Virus record (IMG/VR): IMGVR_UViG_3300022468_000627
Coordinates: 27,892 to 91,891 of that record
DNA: 64,000 nt
Direction: 5' to 3' (one strand)
DNA from: a virus
Positions 26,653 to 35,714 of this stretch are shown here, one piece after another; positions within the stretch are counted from its first letter, which is position 1, and each line of letters begins with the position of its first letter. Position numbers and translations under genes: made by a program. The notes below the pieces were generated by a model that worked only from the letters and a program-made list of their open reading frames with translations, made no database searches and was not told where the DNA came from.

Positions 26653-27299
26653 CGCCCGAACAGGTCCCACTTGCGCGCGGTCACGCGCTTGGGAAGGCGC
26701 ATCCCGCTGTGCTCATTGCGGTCGCTGGGGAGCTCAAGGAAGATGAAATATTCGTCAAATTTGGTGCCCGTCAGCGAGTACGTGACGCCGGCCGGCGGCT
26801 CCAGCGCGCCGGGCGCCCAGGACAGGTTGCCGTTGGCGTCCACCGTCGGCAGATCGCCCTCGACGATGACCTCGCGGTTCTGCGGGTGCAGCCAGAAGCA
26901 GCGGGCGATCTTCTCGGGCTTGAACAGCAGCCGTTCCTTGAACGAGCCGCGCTTGAGCGGCATGCTGAACACGTCAGTGCTGTTGAGCATGAGGATGCGG
27001 TCGTACTGGCCGCCCAGCTCCCACACAGGGCTCGACTGCGGGATGGTGAGCACCATGTCGCCAGCCTCATACGAGCCCGAGTTTTGCCACTGCAGCTGCA
27101 CGGACTGGCTGGCAACGCCGACCACGGTGCTGACCGCCGGATCCCACAGCCGCCCCTTGCCCTGGCAGAGCGCATGCTTGGGGTCTGGCGCGCCCGAGTC
27201 CGGGCTGACGCACGCGCAGCCGTAGGAGTGCCGCCAGGTGACGGCCTGGCCGATGTTCTCCAGGAAGCGGTCGAAGGCCGCAGCGTTGAAGCGCATCAC
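26649..27299 (-). CDS. Hypothetical neck-region protein
   Basis: 216-aa ORF with a Cys cluster YGCACVSPDSGAPDPKHALCQGKG. Coupled to the upstream gene. Confidence 0.65.
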   Translation of the reverse strand: MMRFNAAAFDRFLENIGQAVTWRHSYGCACVSPDSGAPDPKHALCQGKGRLWDPAVSTVVGVASQSVQLQWQNSGSYEAGDMVLTIPQSSPVWELGGQYDRILMLNSTDVFSMPLKRGSFKERLLFKPEKIARCFWLHPQNREVIVEGDLPTVDANGNLSWAPGALEPPAGVTYSLTGTKFDEYFIFLELPSDRNEHSGMRLPKRVTARKWDLFGR

Positions 27300-28408
27300 A
27301 TCACCCCGATGCGAATGCCATGGATGGCCGACATCAGCCCGCCGTTCGAGCCTTTGCCGCCGTGCAGGATGCGGTCAATCGTGTCGGAGTGCTTCTCCAT
27401 GTCGTTGCTGATCGACTGGCTCAGGCCGTCCGCGCTGATCGAGCCGGACGCCGGCAGGAAAGCGTCCTCGATGATCTTGAGCGCGGCCTTCTTGTAGACC
27501 ACGTCCAGCAGCTCGGGGTAGTTCGCCGGCACGTCCTTGAGGCCCGCCACGTAGGTGATTTGGATCGCCAACGGGATGGTGCGCCCCTGGCCGATGGCCT
27601 GCATGACGAAGGCGTTGAGCGGCGCCGCGAACGAGGTTGCGGACGGCACAAACTGGATCTGGCCGTACTTGCGGTCGGCGCGAATCCAGTCCAGCGGCAG
27701 GTCATAGTGCGCCGTGGGGCCGCCCGGGTAGGCGAAGCGCACGCGGCTGACCGACTGCAGCGGCTTGTTGCGGAGCTTGATCATGCCCCACTTGTCGTTG
27801 AACTGAAAATCGCTGGGCTGGTAGTCGTAGCCCGGGTCCACGCCCCAAGGCTGGCCGTTGAGCGCGTCGATTTCGGCCTGGCTGGGCTCATCGGGGAAGA
27901 ACGCCGTGGGCGCCAGCGGCACGCGCAGCTCGTGCGCTATCTCGGCCTCGGCGGCGCGCAGCTTGTCCCAAAGGAAGTCGTCGCCCACGTCCACGGTCGG
28001 CATGGCGCCGGCGGCCGCCAGCATGAGGCGGTCGCGGCGCAGCTTGGCCACGGCCAGCATGCGGTTCGGGAACAGCGCCGAGCCGGCTGCATTGCTGTCG
28101 TCGACCAGGTAGAGGCGGATGGTGCGCTCGTCGCGCCGGCCCTGGGTGGAGACGACGGTGTTCGTCAGCACGTACCAGGTCCAGGCCTGGGCGTTTTGCG
28201 CCTGCACCCACACCGACGCGCTGGCGCCGCTCACGCCGGGGGTGTTCAGGGTGAGCGCGGCGTCAGCCGACCAGGTGCTGGTGTTGATCGTGTCGCCGGG
28301 GGCGAGCGCCAACCAATCGGACCAGTCGATGCGGTAGTCGAGGTAGGCGTCCTTGTCCTGCTGCGCCCACAGCCCCGTGCTGTCCTGGTTGAGTGTTGCC
28401 ATGGTCAA
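27296..28408 (-). CDS. Hypothetical head-tail connector-region protein
   Basis: 370-aa ORF (TTG 28408 overlapping the upstream TGA, or ATG 28402). N-terminal YLDYRIDWSDWLALAPGDTINTSTW block. Confidence 0.65.
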   Translation of the reverse strand: MTMATLNQDSTGLWAQQDKDAYLDYRIDWSDWLALAPGDTINTSTWSADAALTLNTPGVSGASASVWVQAQNAQAWTWYVLTNTVVSTQGRRDERTIRLYLVDDSNAAGSALFPNRMLAVAKLRRDRLMLAAAGAMPTVDVGDDFLWDKLRAAEAEIAHELRVPLAPTAFFPDEPSQAEIDALNGQPWGVDPGYDYQPSDFQFNDKWGMIKLRNKPLQSVSRVRFAYPGGPTAHYDLPLDWIRADRKYGQIQFVPSATSFAAPLNAFVMQAIGQGRTIPLAIQITYVAGLKDVPANYPELLDVVYKKAALKIIEDAFLPASGSISADGLSQSISNDMEKHSDTIDRILHGGKGSNGGLMSAIHGIRIGVM

Positions 28409-30639
28409 GCCTTGAATGAACGTCCAGCGACGATGGTAAATTCACGACCGCCAGCGCCCGCCCGGGCCCGGCGGGCCGGCGCGACGGTGGTGCGCGACAC
28501 CCGTGCGGCCGCCGTGACTCCAGCCGATCGGGCGGCTTCCATGGTGAGCGTCCGGTCGGCCGGGGTGGCGTTCGCGACGAAGTAGACAGCGCCCCCGCCT
28601 GAGCCCTGCCGCTGCAAAGCCAGCGTGCCGGTGATCTTGTGCACTTGGAACACGCGCGCGCTGGCGCTCAACGGCTCAGCCACACCGCCATCCCCGGCCA
28701 GCTCGTGCGCCTGCTCAATCCCCCCAGCCGCTGCAGCCGCGGCCTGGGCCATGGCAGCGGCCAGCAGCTTGTGCACTTGGGCCAGCGCAGCATCGAGGCT
28801 TGCCGCCGTCTGCAGGCAGTCTGCCGCAGCGACTTCCTGGTTGCGGGTGACCCGCCCGGCGGCCGCCGCAGCATCCTGGGATGTGGCCGAGGAAGCCAGC
28901 TGGTGCACACCCAGCACCACACCCGGCGCACAGGAAGCCGACTGGGCCGACCCGGCGCCGCGCAGGTTGTGGGCCAGCGCGATGACGCCGGCGCCAGAGG
29001 TCTGCGATTGGGTGGACGCCTGGCCGGCCATGCCCAGCGCCTGCGCCAGCGCGCCGGTCGACGAGATCGCCGCCGCCGACGAAGGAGCCCCGGCCAGGGG
29101 GTGCACCTGCCGGGCGACCCCGGCCCCGCTCGCGGCAGACTGCGCCGCAGGCGCGCCGGCCAGCACGTGAGCGACCACCACGGCTCCGGCAGCGGATGCG
29201 TGGGCTTCGGTCGCGGTGGCGCCAGCCAGGATGTTGACGGCGACCAGCGCGCCGGTGCCGGCTTGGTTTGCCTGGGAGACTCCGGCCCCGGCCAGCGCCT
29301 GCGCCTGGGTGATGGTGCCTGCACCAGCCGCGCCGGCCTGGGACGATGCGCCGCCGGCGAGCTGGTGCACCTGGGCCACCTGCCCGGGGCTGCACACCGG
29401 CTGCTGGGTGACGCTTGCGCCAGCGGTGGCCGTGGCGAGAACGACGACGCCGACCGACGAGGCAGCCGCCTGCTGGGCGCCCTGCCCGGCCAGGGCGTGC
29501 AGCTGCACGGCGGCGCTTGCCGATGACGCGCCGGCTTGGGAAGCCGACGCGGCGGCAAGCACCTGGGCCTGCCAAATGGCGCCGGCTGCAGCCGCGCCCG
29601 TCTGGGAGCAGGCCGCCGCCGCCAGCACGTGCGCCTGGGTTTCAGCACCGGTGCTGCTGGCGCTTGCCTGCTGGCACGCCGCGCCGGCCAGCAGCTGAAC
29701 CTGCACCACGGCCGCCGCGCCGCTGGAGGCGCCCTGCGAGGACGTGGCCCCAGCCAGCACAGCGGTCTGGCCGGCCGCGCCAGCCGTGGCCGACGCGGAT
29801 TGCAGCGCCCCGGCGGCGGCGAGGATGTGCACCAGGGAGGCCGCGCCCGCGCCGCTGGCGGCCAACTGCTGGGCAGACGCTGCCGCCAAAGCCTGAATCT
29901 GGGTCACGGCGCCCGCCGCCGAGCCGGCCGCTTGAGTGGATCCGGCGCCGGCGATCGCGTGCACCTGGGCCGCGCCGCCCGTGCCTGCCGTGCTGGCCTG
30001 CGAAGACGCAGCGCCGAGCAGGGCCAGGGCCTGCACCACGGTGCCGGTTCCCGATGCGTTGGCCTGGGTCGATCCGGCGCCAACCAGCGCCACGGCCAAG
30101 GCCACGGCGCCAGCGCTGGAGGCGTTCCCCTGAGAGCTTGCCGAGCCTGCGGTGGCGTGCACCTGGCCGGCAACGCCGGTCGCAGAGGATGCCGTCTGGC
30201 TGGCGCCCGCTGCGGCCAGAACCTGCACGCCGGTAACGGCGCCGGTTGCCGACGACTGCGCCTGGCTGGAGGCCGCCGCCTGCAGGGCCTGGGTGAGCAC
30301 GACGACGCCAGTGCTGGCCGTCTGAGCCTGAGAGGTGGCCGACACGGCCAGGGCGTGGACCTGGGTCTCGACGCCGGTGCCGGCAGCGTTGGCCTGGGTG
30401 CTGCCAGCCCCGGCCAGCAGCGCCACCTGGGAGGCCGTGCCGGTGCTGGTCGTGGCAGCCTGGGTGACGGACGTCCCGGTGAGGGAGATGGTCGACGGCG
30501 AGGCCGCCGCGTTCAGGAAGAAGGCCGCAGCCAGGTTCTTGACGAGCGGGCTTTTCGCCACCAGCCGGCTGGCGAGCCGGGAGGCGCCGCCGCGCCCGGT
30601 TCGGCCAGCCCCGGGGAAGCCTCGGCGCAGCCGGGCCAT
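28405..30639 (-). CDS. Ala/Gly/Ser/Gln-rich repeat protein (29 tandem 22-residue units), putative fibrous virion protein
   Basis: 744-aa ORF tightly coupled on both sides (3-nt gap upstream, TTGA/ATG overlap downstream). Basic N-terminus and a non-repetitive 57-aa C-terminus. Confidence 0.65.
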   Translation of the reverse strand: MARLRRGFPGAGRTGRGGASRLASRLVAKSPLVKNLAAAFFLNAAASPSTISLTGTSVTQAATTSTGTASQVALLAGAGSTQANAAGTGVETQVHALAVSATSQAQTASTGVVVLTQALQAAASSQAQSSATGAVTGVQVLAAAGASQTASSATGVAGQVHATAGSASSQGNASSAGAVALAVALVGAGSTQANASGTGTVVQALALLGAASSQASTAGTGGAAQVHAIAGAGSTQAAGSAAGAVTQIQALAAASAQQLAASGAGAASLVHILAAAGALQSASATAGAAGQTAVLAGATSSQGASSGAAAVVQVQLLAGAACQQASASSTGAETQAHVLAAAACSQTGAAAAGAIWQAQVLAAASASQAGASSASAAVQLHALAGQGAQQAAASSVGVVVLATATAGASVTQQPVCSPGQVAQVHQLAGGASSQAGAAGAGTITQAQALAGAGVSQANQAGTGALVAVNILAGATATEAHASAAGAVVVAHVLAGAPAAQSAASGAGVARQVHPLAGAPSSAAAISSTGALAQALGMAGQASTQSQTSGAGVIALAHNLRGAGSAQSASCAPGVVLGVHQLASSATSQDAAAAAGRVTRNQEVAAADCLQTAASLDAALAQVHKLLAAAMAQAAAAAAGGIEQAHELAGDGGVAEPLSASARVFQVHKITGTLALQRQGSGGGAVYFVANATPADRTLTMEAARSAGVTAAARVSRTTVAPARRARAGAGGREFTIVAGRSFKA
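28579..30489 (-). repeat. In-frame tandem repeat array, period about 66 nt (22 aa), 29 degenerate units
   Basis: Units such as QVHAIAGAGSTQAAGSAAGAVT / QVHQLAGGASSQAGAAGAGTIT / QAHVLAAAACSQTGAAAAGAIW. Manual segmentation sums exactly to residues 51-687. Confidence 0.8.
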
Positions 30640-30642
30640 GGC

Positions 30643-31455
30643 TTACCCGTTGACGACCAGCATGCGGCAGGTCGGCACGCCGGTGCTGGTGCTGTCGGCC
30701 TGCGCAACCAGCCACAGGCAGGACTCGGCCCACACCTGCGGCGCGCCGATCATGTCCCAGGCCTGGGCGTCTACGGCGTTCGCCACCCGCACGTCGAACT
30801 CGGCCAAGCGCCGGGCCAGGATGACGTTGAACGCGCCGGCCGTGGCAACCGTGCCGCCGACCGTCACGCTCTCGATCTTCTGCACGCCCTTGTCGCCAGC
30901 CTGCAGCGGCATGGCGATGACGCGCGGCGTGGTGAAGCCCGACAGGGACGCCGTGGCGCCGGTGGTGCGCCCGGTGGCGCCGGTCTCGTTGGTGTAGTTC
31001 ACCGACACGGTGGTGGCCGTGGCCGAGAACGTGGTGGTCAGCTCCAGCAGGATCTCGCAGTCAGCGAAGTCCGTGCCGCCCGGCACGCGGCCGGTGATCG
31101 ACGGCTGGCTGGCGAACGTGGTCGTGGCGAGGGCCGTGGCCGACACGGCGCCAGCGCCCCAGAGCCGGTCGTACAGGATGGCGCCGCCGGTCACGCTGTT
31201 GCGGAAGTTCGCCGCCGCCAGGTAGCCCGTGGCACTGGCGCCCAGTGCGTTGAGCAGAGGCGCGCCGGCCGTGGCGTCGGTGAACAGCACGCCGGCCGCT
31301 GTGTTGCCGACCGCCATCGTGCCGGCGCCAGGGTTGCCGGCCGTGCCCCACAGCGAGAACTGCTGCGCCGCCACCGAGGTGACGGCGGCGGTCTTGCGGA
31401 TGGAAGCCCATTGCCGGGCGGCCGCAAACCAGCCGTCGGCGGTAGTGATCGCCAT
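30643..31455 (-). CDS. Hypothetical virion protein
   Basis: 270-aa ORF, Ala/Thr/Gly-rich and beta-type. Confidence 0.65.
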   Translation of the reverse strand: MAITTADGWFAAARQWASIRKTAAVTSVAAQQFSLWGTAGNPGAGTMAVGNTAAGVLFTDATAGAPLLNALGASATGYLAAANFRNSVTGGAILYDRLWGAGAVSATALATTTFASQPSITGRVPGGTDFADCEILLELTTTFSATATTVSVNYTNETGATGRTTGATASLSGFTTPRVIAMPLQAGDKGVQKIESVTVGGTVATAGAFNVILARRLAEFDVRVANAVDAQAWDMIGAPQVWAESCLWLVAQADSTSTGVPTCRMLVVNG

Positions 31456-31461
31456 GGCCTA

Positions 31462-31845
31462 TCAGGTGGGCTGGTTGGACGTGTAGGTCAGCTGCGGGAA
31501 GTTGACCGTGTTGCCGGACGTGATGACCTGGTCGGTGGTTTCGTCCGTCACCCACAGCACCTTGGCCGAGCCGTCGGTGAACGCGATGTGCAGGTTCGGC
31601 GAGGCGCCAGACCCGGCCGAGGCCGTCGCACTCTTGCCGGCGGCCGTGGTCAGCACGCGATTGTTGCCGGACGAGGTGATCGTGTAGTCACCGGCCACCA
31701 TGGTGACATCGGCCAGCAGGTTGCTGACCACGGTCGCGTAGCTGTCGCCGGCCGTATAGGCCTTGATCAGCAGCATGTGCGTGGCCGCGTTCTTGATGGC
31801 GTTCAGGCCACCATCCAGCACATCGGAATGAACGAACTTCGCCAT
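31462..31845 (-). CDS. Hypothetical virion protein
   Basis: 127-aa ORF with SD AGGAG 7 nt upstream of the ATG. Confidence 0.65.
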   Translation of the reverse strand: MAKFVHSDVLDGGLNAIKNAATHMLLIKAYTAGDSYATVVSNLLADVTMVAGDYTITSSGNNRVLTTAAGKSATASAGSGASPNLHIAFTDGSAKVLWVTDETTDQVITSGNTVNFPQLTYTSNQPT

Positions 31846-31881
31846 TTCGGCTCCTAAATGAAACTTTTGGTAACAGTGATG

Positions 31882-31897
31882 ATTCTGGCGTCACGAC
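31882..31897 (-). promoter_or_regulatory. Conserved late-promoter-like motif (copy f)
   Basis: Minus strand GTCGTGAC GC CAGAAT directly after terminator 31899-31924. A 36-nt leader with AGGAG precedes ATG 31845. Confidence 0.5.
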
Positions 31898-31898
31898 G

Positions 31899-31924
31899 AA
31901 AAAAGGGCTGCCGTGAGGCAGCCC
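31899..31924 (-). terminator. Intrinsic terminator
   Basis: Minus strand GGGCUGCC-UCAC-GGCAGCCC followed by UUUUUU. Confidence 0.7.
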
Positions 31925-31949
31925 TTCGGGTCATCGCGCCGACCGTTCG

Positions 31950-32180
31950 TCAGAGCTTGCTGGGCAGCGTCAGCGCCAGCGAGGCGACGTTGGTCGTGCC
32001 GGCCGCCGTGGCGATGGCAGCCGACGAGGCGCCAGCCGCACCGATGGCGTCCAGCTTCGCCAGGATGGCGTTCTGGTTGGAGATGACGTTCTCCAGCATG
32101 TCACCCAGCTTGGCGTTGCCAGCGGCCGGGTTCATGCGGTTCAGGTCGTTCTTGAGATTGCCGGAGCCTTTGGTGCTCAT
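31950..32180 (-). CDS. Hypothetical small head-region protein
   Basis: 76-aa ORF between the capsid-proximal genes and a terminator. Confidence 0.55.
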   Translation of the reverse strand: MSTKGSGNLKNDLNRMNPAAGNAKLGDMLENVISNQNAILAKLDAIGAAGASSAAIATAAGTTNVASLALTLPSKL

Positions 32181-32214
32181 GATGGTCTTTCAAGTGTGGG
32201 CTCGCGCCCGGTTG

Positions 32215-32523
32215 TTACTGCTGCTCGCCAGCCTTGGCCTTCTCGGCGGCTTCGACTTCGGTGCGCAGGCGGTCAATGCCCCAGTTGCTCTTGACCTTGA
32301 GCTCGACGGCCTCGGCGCGGGCCAGCAGGGCGTCTTTCTCGGCGGTCGCGGCGGGGTCTTCGGCGGGCTTGGCGCCCACCAGCTCATAGCCGGGGATCTC
32401 GGCGAACGCGGCAGCCTGGTCGTCGGGGATGTCCTCGGAAAGCATGCCCTTGTCGTGGGCGTCGAACTTGACGCCGTTGATCAGCTCGCTGGCGTTGGGA
32501 AGGGTGCACAGAACTTTTGCCAT
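32215..32523 (-). CDS. Hypothetical head-region protein
   Basis: 102-aa ORF with SD AGGAGAAACCC before the ATG, directly downstream of the major capsid gene. Confidence 0.6.
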   Translation of the reverse strand: MAKVLCTLPNASELINGVKFDAHDKGMLSEDIPDDQAAAFAEIPGYELVGAKPAEDPAATAEKDALLARAEAVELKVKSNWGIDRLRTEVEAAEKAKAGEQQ

Positions 32524-32543
32524 GGGTTTCTCCTGGGTTGGGG

Positions 32544-32566
32544 AAAGGGCGCCCCGGAGGGCGCCC
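32544..32566 (-). terminator. Weak or partial terminator after the major capsid gene
   Basis: 8-bp GC hairpin GGGCGCCC-UCCG-GGGCGCCC followed by only UUU. Confidence 0.4.
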
Positions 32567-32582
32567 CTTACTGGTCAGCCGA

Positions 32583-34037
32583 TCAGTTGAAGGGCTTCCA
32601 CTTCGCGCCGCTGGGCAGGATGTTCTTGATCACGGCGTGGTGGCGACGCTTGGTGATGCGCAGGTAGCCGAACATCAGCTGGGCCCAGGGGATGACCGCG
32701 GCGTTGGTCGGGTACAGCGGGAACTTCATCATGGGCAGGAGCTGGCGCCAGTTGATGGCATGGTCGCCGGGGCTCATGTTCAGGATGTAGGACTTGGTGG
32801 TGCCCGGGATGTCGCGGTTCAGGTCCACGTAGGTGGTGGTCGCGCCGGCGCAGGCCACGCGAACCATCTGGCGGAAGTCGCTCGGCGTGTTGGTGCCGCT
32901 CAGGCGGCTGCGATAGATCGCGTAGCCGGTTTCCTGGGCGCCAGCGGAGCGGGTGATGGTCAGGGTCACCTTCTTGCCAGCGGCCACGGCCACCTGGGCG
33001 CTGATCACGCCGGTGGACTGGCCCTTGGAGTTGAGGCCGGTCACCAGGTAGTAGTAGTTGCCGGCGCGGCCAGCGGTGAAGTTGCTCGACGCATCGCTCA
33101 CGGTGGCGTCGGTGGCCAGCGTGGGCTTGAGGCCGTCGTTGGCTGCGGCCAGGGTCGGGTAGGTCACCTGGAAGGGCACGGTCTGGTCGCCGTCGTTGAT
33201 GAACACGTCGTTCATCGTCTTGACGTCACCCCAGGAGGTGCGGATGCCCACCACGGGGGAGCCCAGCGAGATACCGCCGTTCGGCACGTTGTTCAGGCTC
33301 ACGCGGAAAGCGGGGTCCAGACCGGTGTCGAAATCGGCCTGCACCAGCTGCGACATGAACAGGTGGGTCGGCGTGCCGAAGTTGTCGCGCTTGGAGACCT
33401 GGGCGGCAGCGGCGTTCACCAGGTTGATCGAGGCCAGGGAATTGGCGTCGGCGTCCAGGATGTTGCCGGTATCGACCTGGCCGGCGTTCACGCCAGCGAG
33501 GATCTGGGCGTAGATGCCGTCGAATTCGGTCGGCACCACAGCGCTGTCACCCTCGAAGCTCAGGTACTCGGCATCGGTCAGCAGCTGCTTGGCGCCGGCC
33601 TGCTGTTCGATGGCTTCCGAGTTGGCGATGTTGTTGCCCAGGGTGGACACCAGCGAGACCTGACGCTTGGTCATCAGGTACTTCACCAGGCCCACGCGGC
33701 GAGCGTAGGAACCGGTGCTCTCGTCGATGACGCCGGTTTCGGTGTTGGTCGAGCCGCCCAGGAAGCCGCCGACGCCGGACTGTTCAGTCCATTCGTCCAC
33801 GGTCGCGCCAGCGCCAGTCTTGGCCAGTTCGTTGAACAGCTTGAAGTGCTTGTTCTCCTGGATGGTGGCCTGCATCGTGCGATCCAGGGACTGGATGCGG
33901 AACGAGCTGCCACCGACCAGGGTGGAGGTGTCGGTGCCGTAACCAGCCGTCAGAGCCTTTTGCAGCTCGGCGATCGCGGTACCTTCCATGGAGCCAGTGG
34001 TGGATGCACCGGCCGCGAGTTCAGGCAAATTGAACAT
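32583..34037 (-). CDS. Major capsid protein
   Basis: 484-aa ORF directly after the scaffold. Strong SD GAGAGGAAATTCA. N-terminal ALTAGYGTD..L.GG..FRIQSLD block typical of HK97-fold capsid families. Confidence 0.8.
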   Translation of the reverse strand: MFNLPELAAGASTTGSMEGTAIAELQKALTAGYGTDTSTLVGGSSFRIQSLDRTMQATIQENKHFKLFNELAKTGAGATVDEWTEQSGVGGFLGGSTNTETGVIDESTGSYARRVGLVKYLMTKRQVSLVSTLGNNIANSEAIEQQAGAKQLLTDAEYLSFEGDSAVVPTEFDGIYAQILAGVNAGQVDTGNILDADANSLASINLVNAAAAQVSKRDNFGTPTHLFMSQLVQADFDTGLDPAFRVSLNNVPNGGISLGSPVVGIRTSWGDVKTMNDVFINDGDQTVPFQVTYPTLAAANDGLKPTLATDATVSDASSNFTAGRAGNYYYLVTGLNSKGQSTGVISAQVAVAAGKKVTLTITRSAGAQETGYAIYRSRLSGTNTPSDFRQMVRVACAGATTTYVDLNRDIPGTTKSYILNMSPGDHAINWRQLLPMMKFPLYPTNAAVIPWAQLMFGYLRITKRRHHAVIKNILPSGAKWKPFN

Positions 34038-34063
34038 TGAATTTCCTCTCTGAAAGGACGTGG

Positions 34064-34077
34064 TTACTGCATCACGC
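34064..34077 (-). promoter_or_regulatory. Possible degenerate copy of the promoter-like motif inside the scaffold gene 3' end
   Basis: Minus strand GCGTGATG CAGTAA (one nt shorter than consensus), 26 nt upstream of the capsid ATG. Confidence 0.25.
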
Positions 34078-34708
34078 GAGCGACGATGCTGGGGGGGATG
34101 GCCTGGCCCTTGTTCAGGCAGGTCTCAGCCATGGCGATGTCGATGCCCGAGATGCGGCCTTCTTTCTGAGCGTTCAGCGCCTTGGCGAAGAACACTTCGG
34201 GGGTCACGCCATCGGCGGCGCCAATGGACTTGGCCATGGTGTCGGTGTTGGCGGTGGCGGCGGGCTTCTCGACCACGGACAGCACGGCTTTGCGGCCACG
34301 GCCTTCGCCGGACAGCTTGGCGACGCGCTCGGTCAGAGACTTGATCAGCTCGCCCTGGCCCTTGATCAGCTCCACGGTCTGGCCGAGGGCCTTCGCCAGG
34401 TTGCTGTCGAGGCCTTCGACGCGCTCGCTCAGGGACTTGAGCATTTCGCTGCCGTCGAAAGCCTGCACCTTGGTGCCGTCGTCGAGGGTCAGCTCGAAGG
34501 ACTTGGCCATGGGGTCGCCATCGCCATCGGCGCCGTCGGCAGGCTTCTCGCCCTTGCCGTCGCCGCCTTCACCCGCCCCGCCTTCCTCGGCGGCAGCTTG
34601 GATTTTCTTTTCATCCTCGCCGTTGTCCGCCGGGAGGGCTTTGGCGAGCTCGGTTTGCTCAGTGGTGAGCGTTTGCAGCTCACCCATCAGCTTCTCGAAA
34701 TCACTCAT
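34064..34708 (-). CDS. Scaffolding protein
   Basis: 214 aa, acidic, low-complexity and coiled-coil-like (EEGGAGEGGDGKGEKPADGADGDGD), between protease and capsid. Confidence 0.7.
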   Translation of the reverse strand: MSDFEKLMGELQTLTTEQTELAKALPADNGEDEKKIQAAAEEGGAGEGGDGKGEKPADGADGDGDPMAKSFELTLDDGTKVQAFDGSEMLKSLSERVEGLDSNLAKALGQTVELIKGQGELIKSLTERVAKLSGEGRGRKAVLSVVEKPAATANTDTMAKSIGAADGVTPEVFFAKALNAQKEGRISGIDIAMAETCLNKGQAIPPSIVARVMQ

Positions 34709-35616
34709 TGCTTACTCCGTTTGTTGAGACCGATTTTCAAATCGCGCATGAAGCGCTCCACCCATTCAGCGGCCTGGTCCGGCGGGATGCTGAATTGATC
34801 GGCGGCGAACTTGACGAGCTCGCGAGCGCCAGGGTTCTGGCCGGCAGAGCCGGCTCGCATGCCTCCCGCGAGCTTGTCGCGGAAGTCGAAATAGGAATGG
34901 ATCTTGTGATCCAGGGACTGGCGGCGCATCGCGGCCCCACCAGACAGCACGGCCGAGTCGGTGCCGTAGCCGGCCTCCAGGGCCTTGGCGAAGTCCAGGC
35001 CGGCCGACGTCCACGACTTTGCGAACGCGCCCAGCGGGATCGTCGCGCAGGTGCCAACGTGCTGGTTCACCGGGGTCTTGCTCACGCCGATGTTGGTCCA
35101 ACGAACCTTGGACACGATGGCCTTGCGCAGCTTGGTCTTGGGGTCGATCTCGATCCCCTTCGCCAGCACGGCGCCGCCGACCGACGGATACCAGCGCTGC
35201 GGCGGGTTCAGGTCGGTGATGCTCGACCAAAAGTCGTTGGCACGCTCAGCCGCCGGGCCGCTGCCGGTGTAAATCTCAGCCTTCACGAACGTGGTCTTGC
35301 CGGTCTGGCGCACGTCGATGGGACGGCCAATCTCATAGAGCTCGCAGCCAGGAATCCCGGGGCGGCCCTTGGCCGGGTCCGGCTTGCCGATCAGCGTGTA
35401 ATGGTCGATGTCGATGTTGCCGTAGCGCTTGAAGTAGTCGGCCGACTCGGCGAGCGCCTTGGCGGCGATGACCTCGTCCTGCTGGTCGACGCCCTCATTG
35501 CTGGCCTCAAAGTAGACGACGCGCTGCCCGCCATCGGTGTGAGGCGTGGCCTTGAGCATGTTACCGATGCTCAAATAGTCGGGGATGCCCGCAAGCAGCT
35601 GGTCGTCGCTGAACAT
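34705..35616 (-). CDS. Prohead protease (HK97-type serine protease-like)
   Basis: 303 aa. GNIDIDHY and RWTNIGVSKTPVNQ resemble the His and Ser blocks. Sits before scaffold and capsid. The C-terminus repeats a capsid N-terminal motif. Confidence 0.65.
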   Translation of the reverse strand: MFSDDQLLAGIPDYLSIGNMLKATPHTDGGQRVVYFEASNEGVDQQDEVIAAKALAESADYFKRYGNIDIDHYTLIGKPDPAKGRPGIPGCELYEIGRPIDVRQTGKTTFVKAEIYTGSGPAAERANDFWSSITDLNPPQRWYPSVGGAVLAKGIEIDPKTKLRKAIVSKVRWTNIGVSKTPVNQHVGTCATIPLGAFAKSWTSAGLDFAKALEAGYGTDSAVLSGGAAMRRQSLDHKIHSYFDFRDKLAGGMRAGSAGQNPGARELVKFAADQFSIPPDQAAEWVERFMRDLKIGLNKRSKQ

Positions 35617-35623
35617 GCGGGTG

Positions 35624-35639
35624 ATTTTGTTGTCACGAC
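35624..35639 (-). promoter_or_regulatory. Conserved late-promoter-like motif (copy g)
   Basis: Minus strand GTCGTGAC AA CAAAAT, then 7 nt, then ATG 35616. Confidence 0.5.
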
Positions 35640-35663
35640 GCGACGCGCATTTTCCGCGCGCAC

Positions 35664-35687
35664 AAAAAAAGCCCGCCGAAGCGGGCT
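35664..35687 (-). terminator. Intrinsic terminator
   Basis: Minus strand AGCCCGC-UUCG-GCGGGCU followed by UUUUUUU. Confidence 0.7.
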
Positions 35688-35714
35688 AACTCTCTGTCTC
35701 TGTCGCGCTGCCGA

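Noticed and set aside
28579-30489. CRISPR array or non-coding tandem repeat
   Set aside because: The units are degenerate, contiguous (no spacers), in frame and under clear codon bias inside a translationally coupled ORF. This is a protein repeat.
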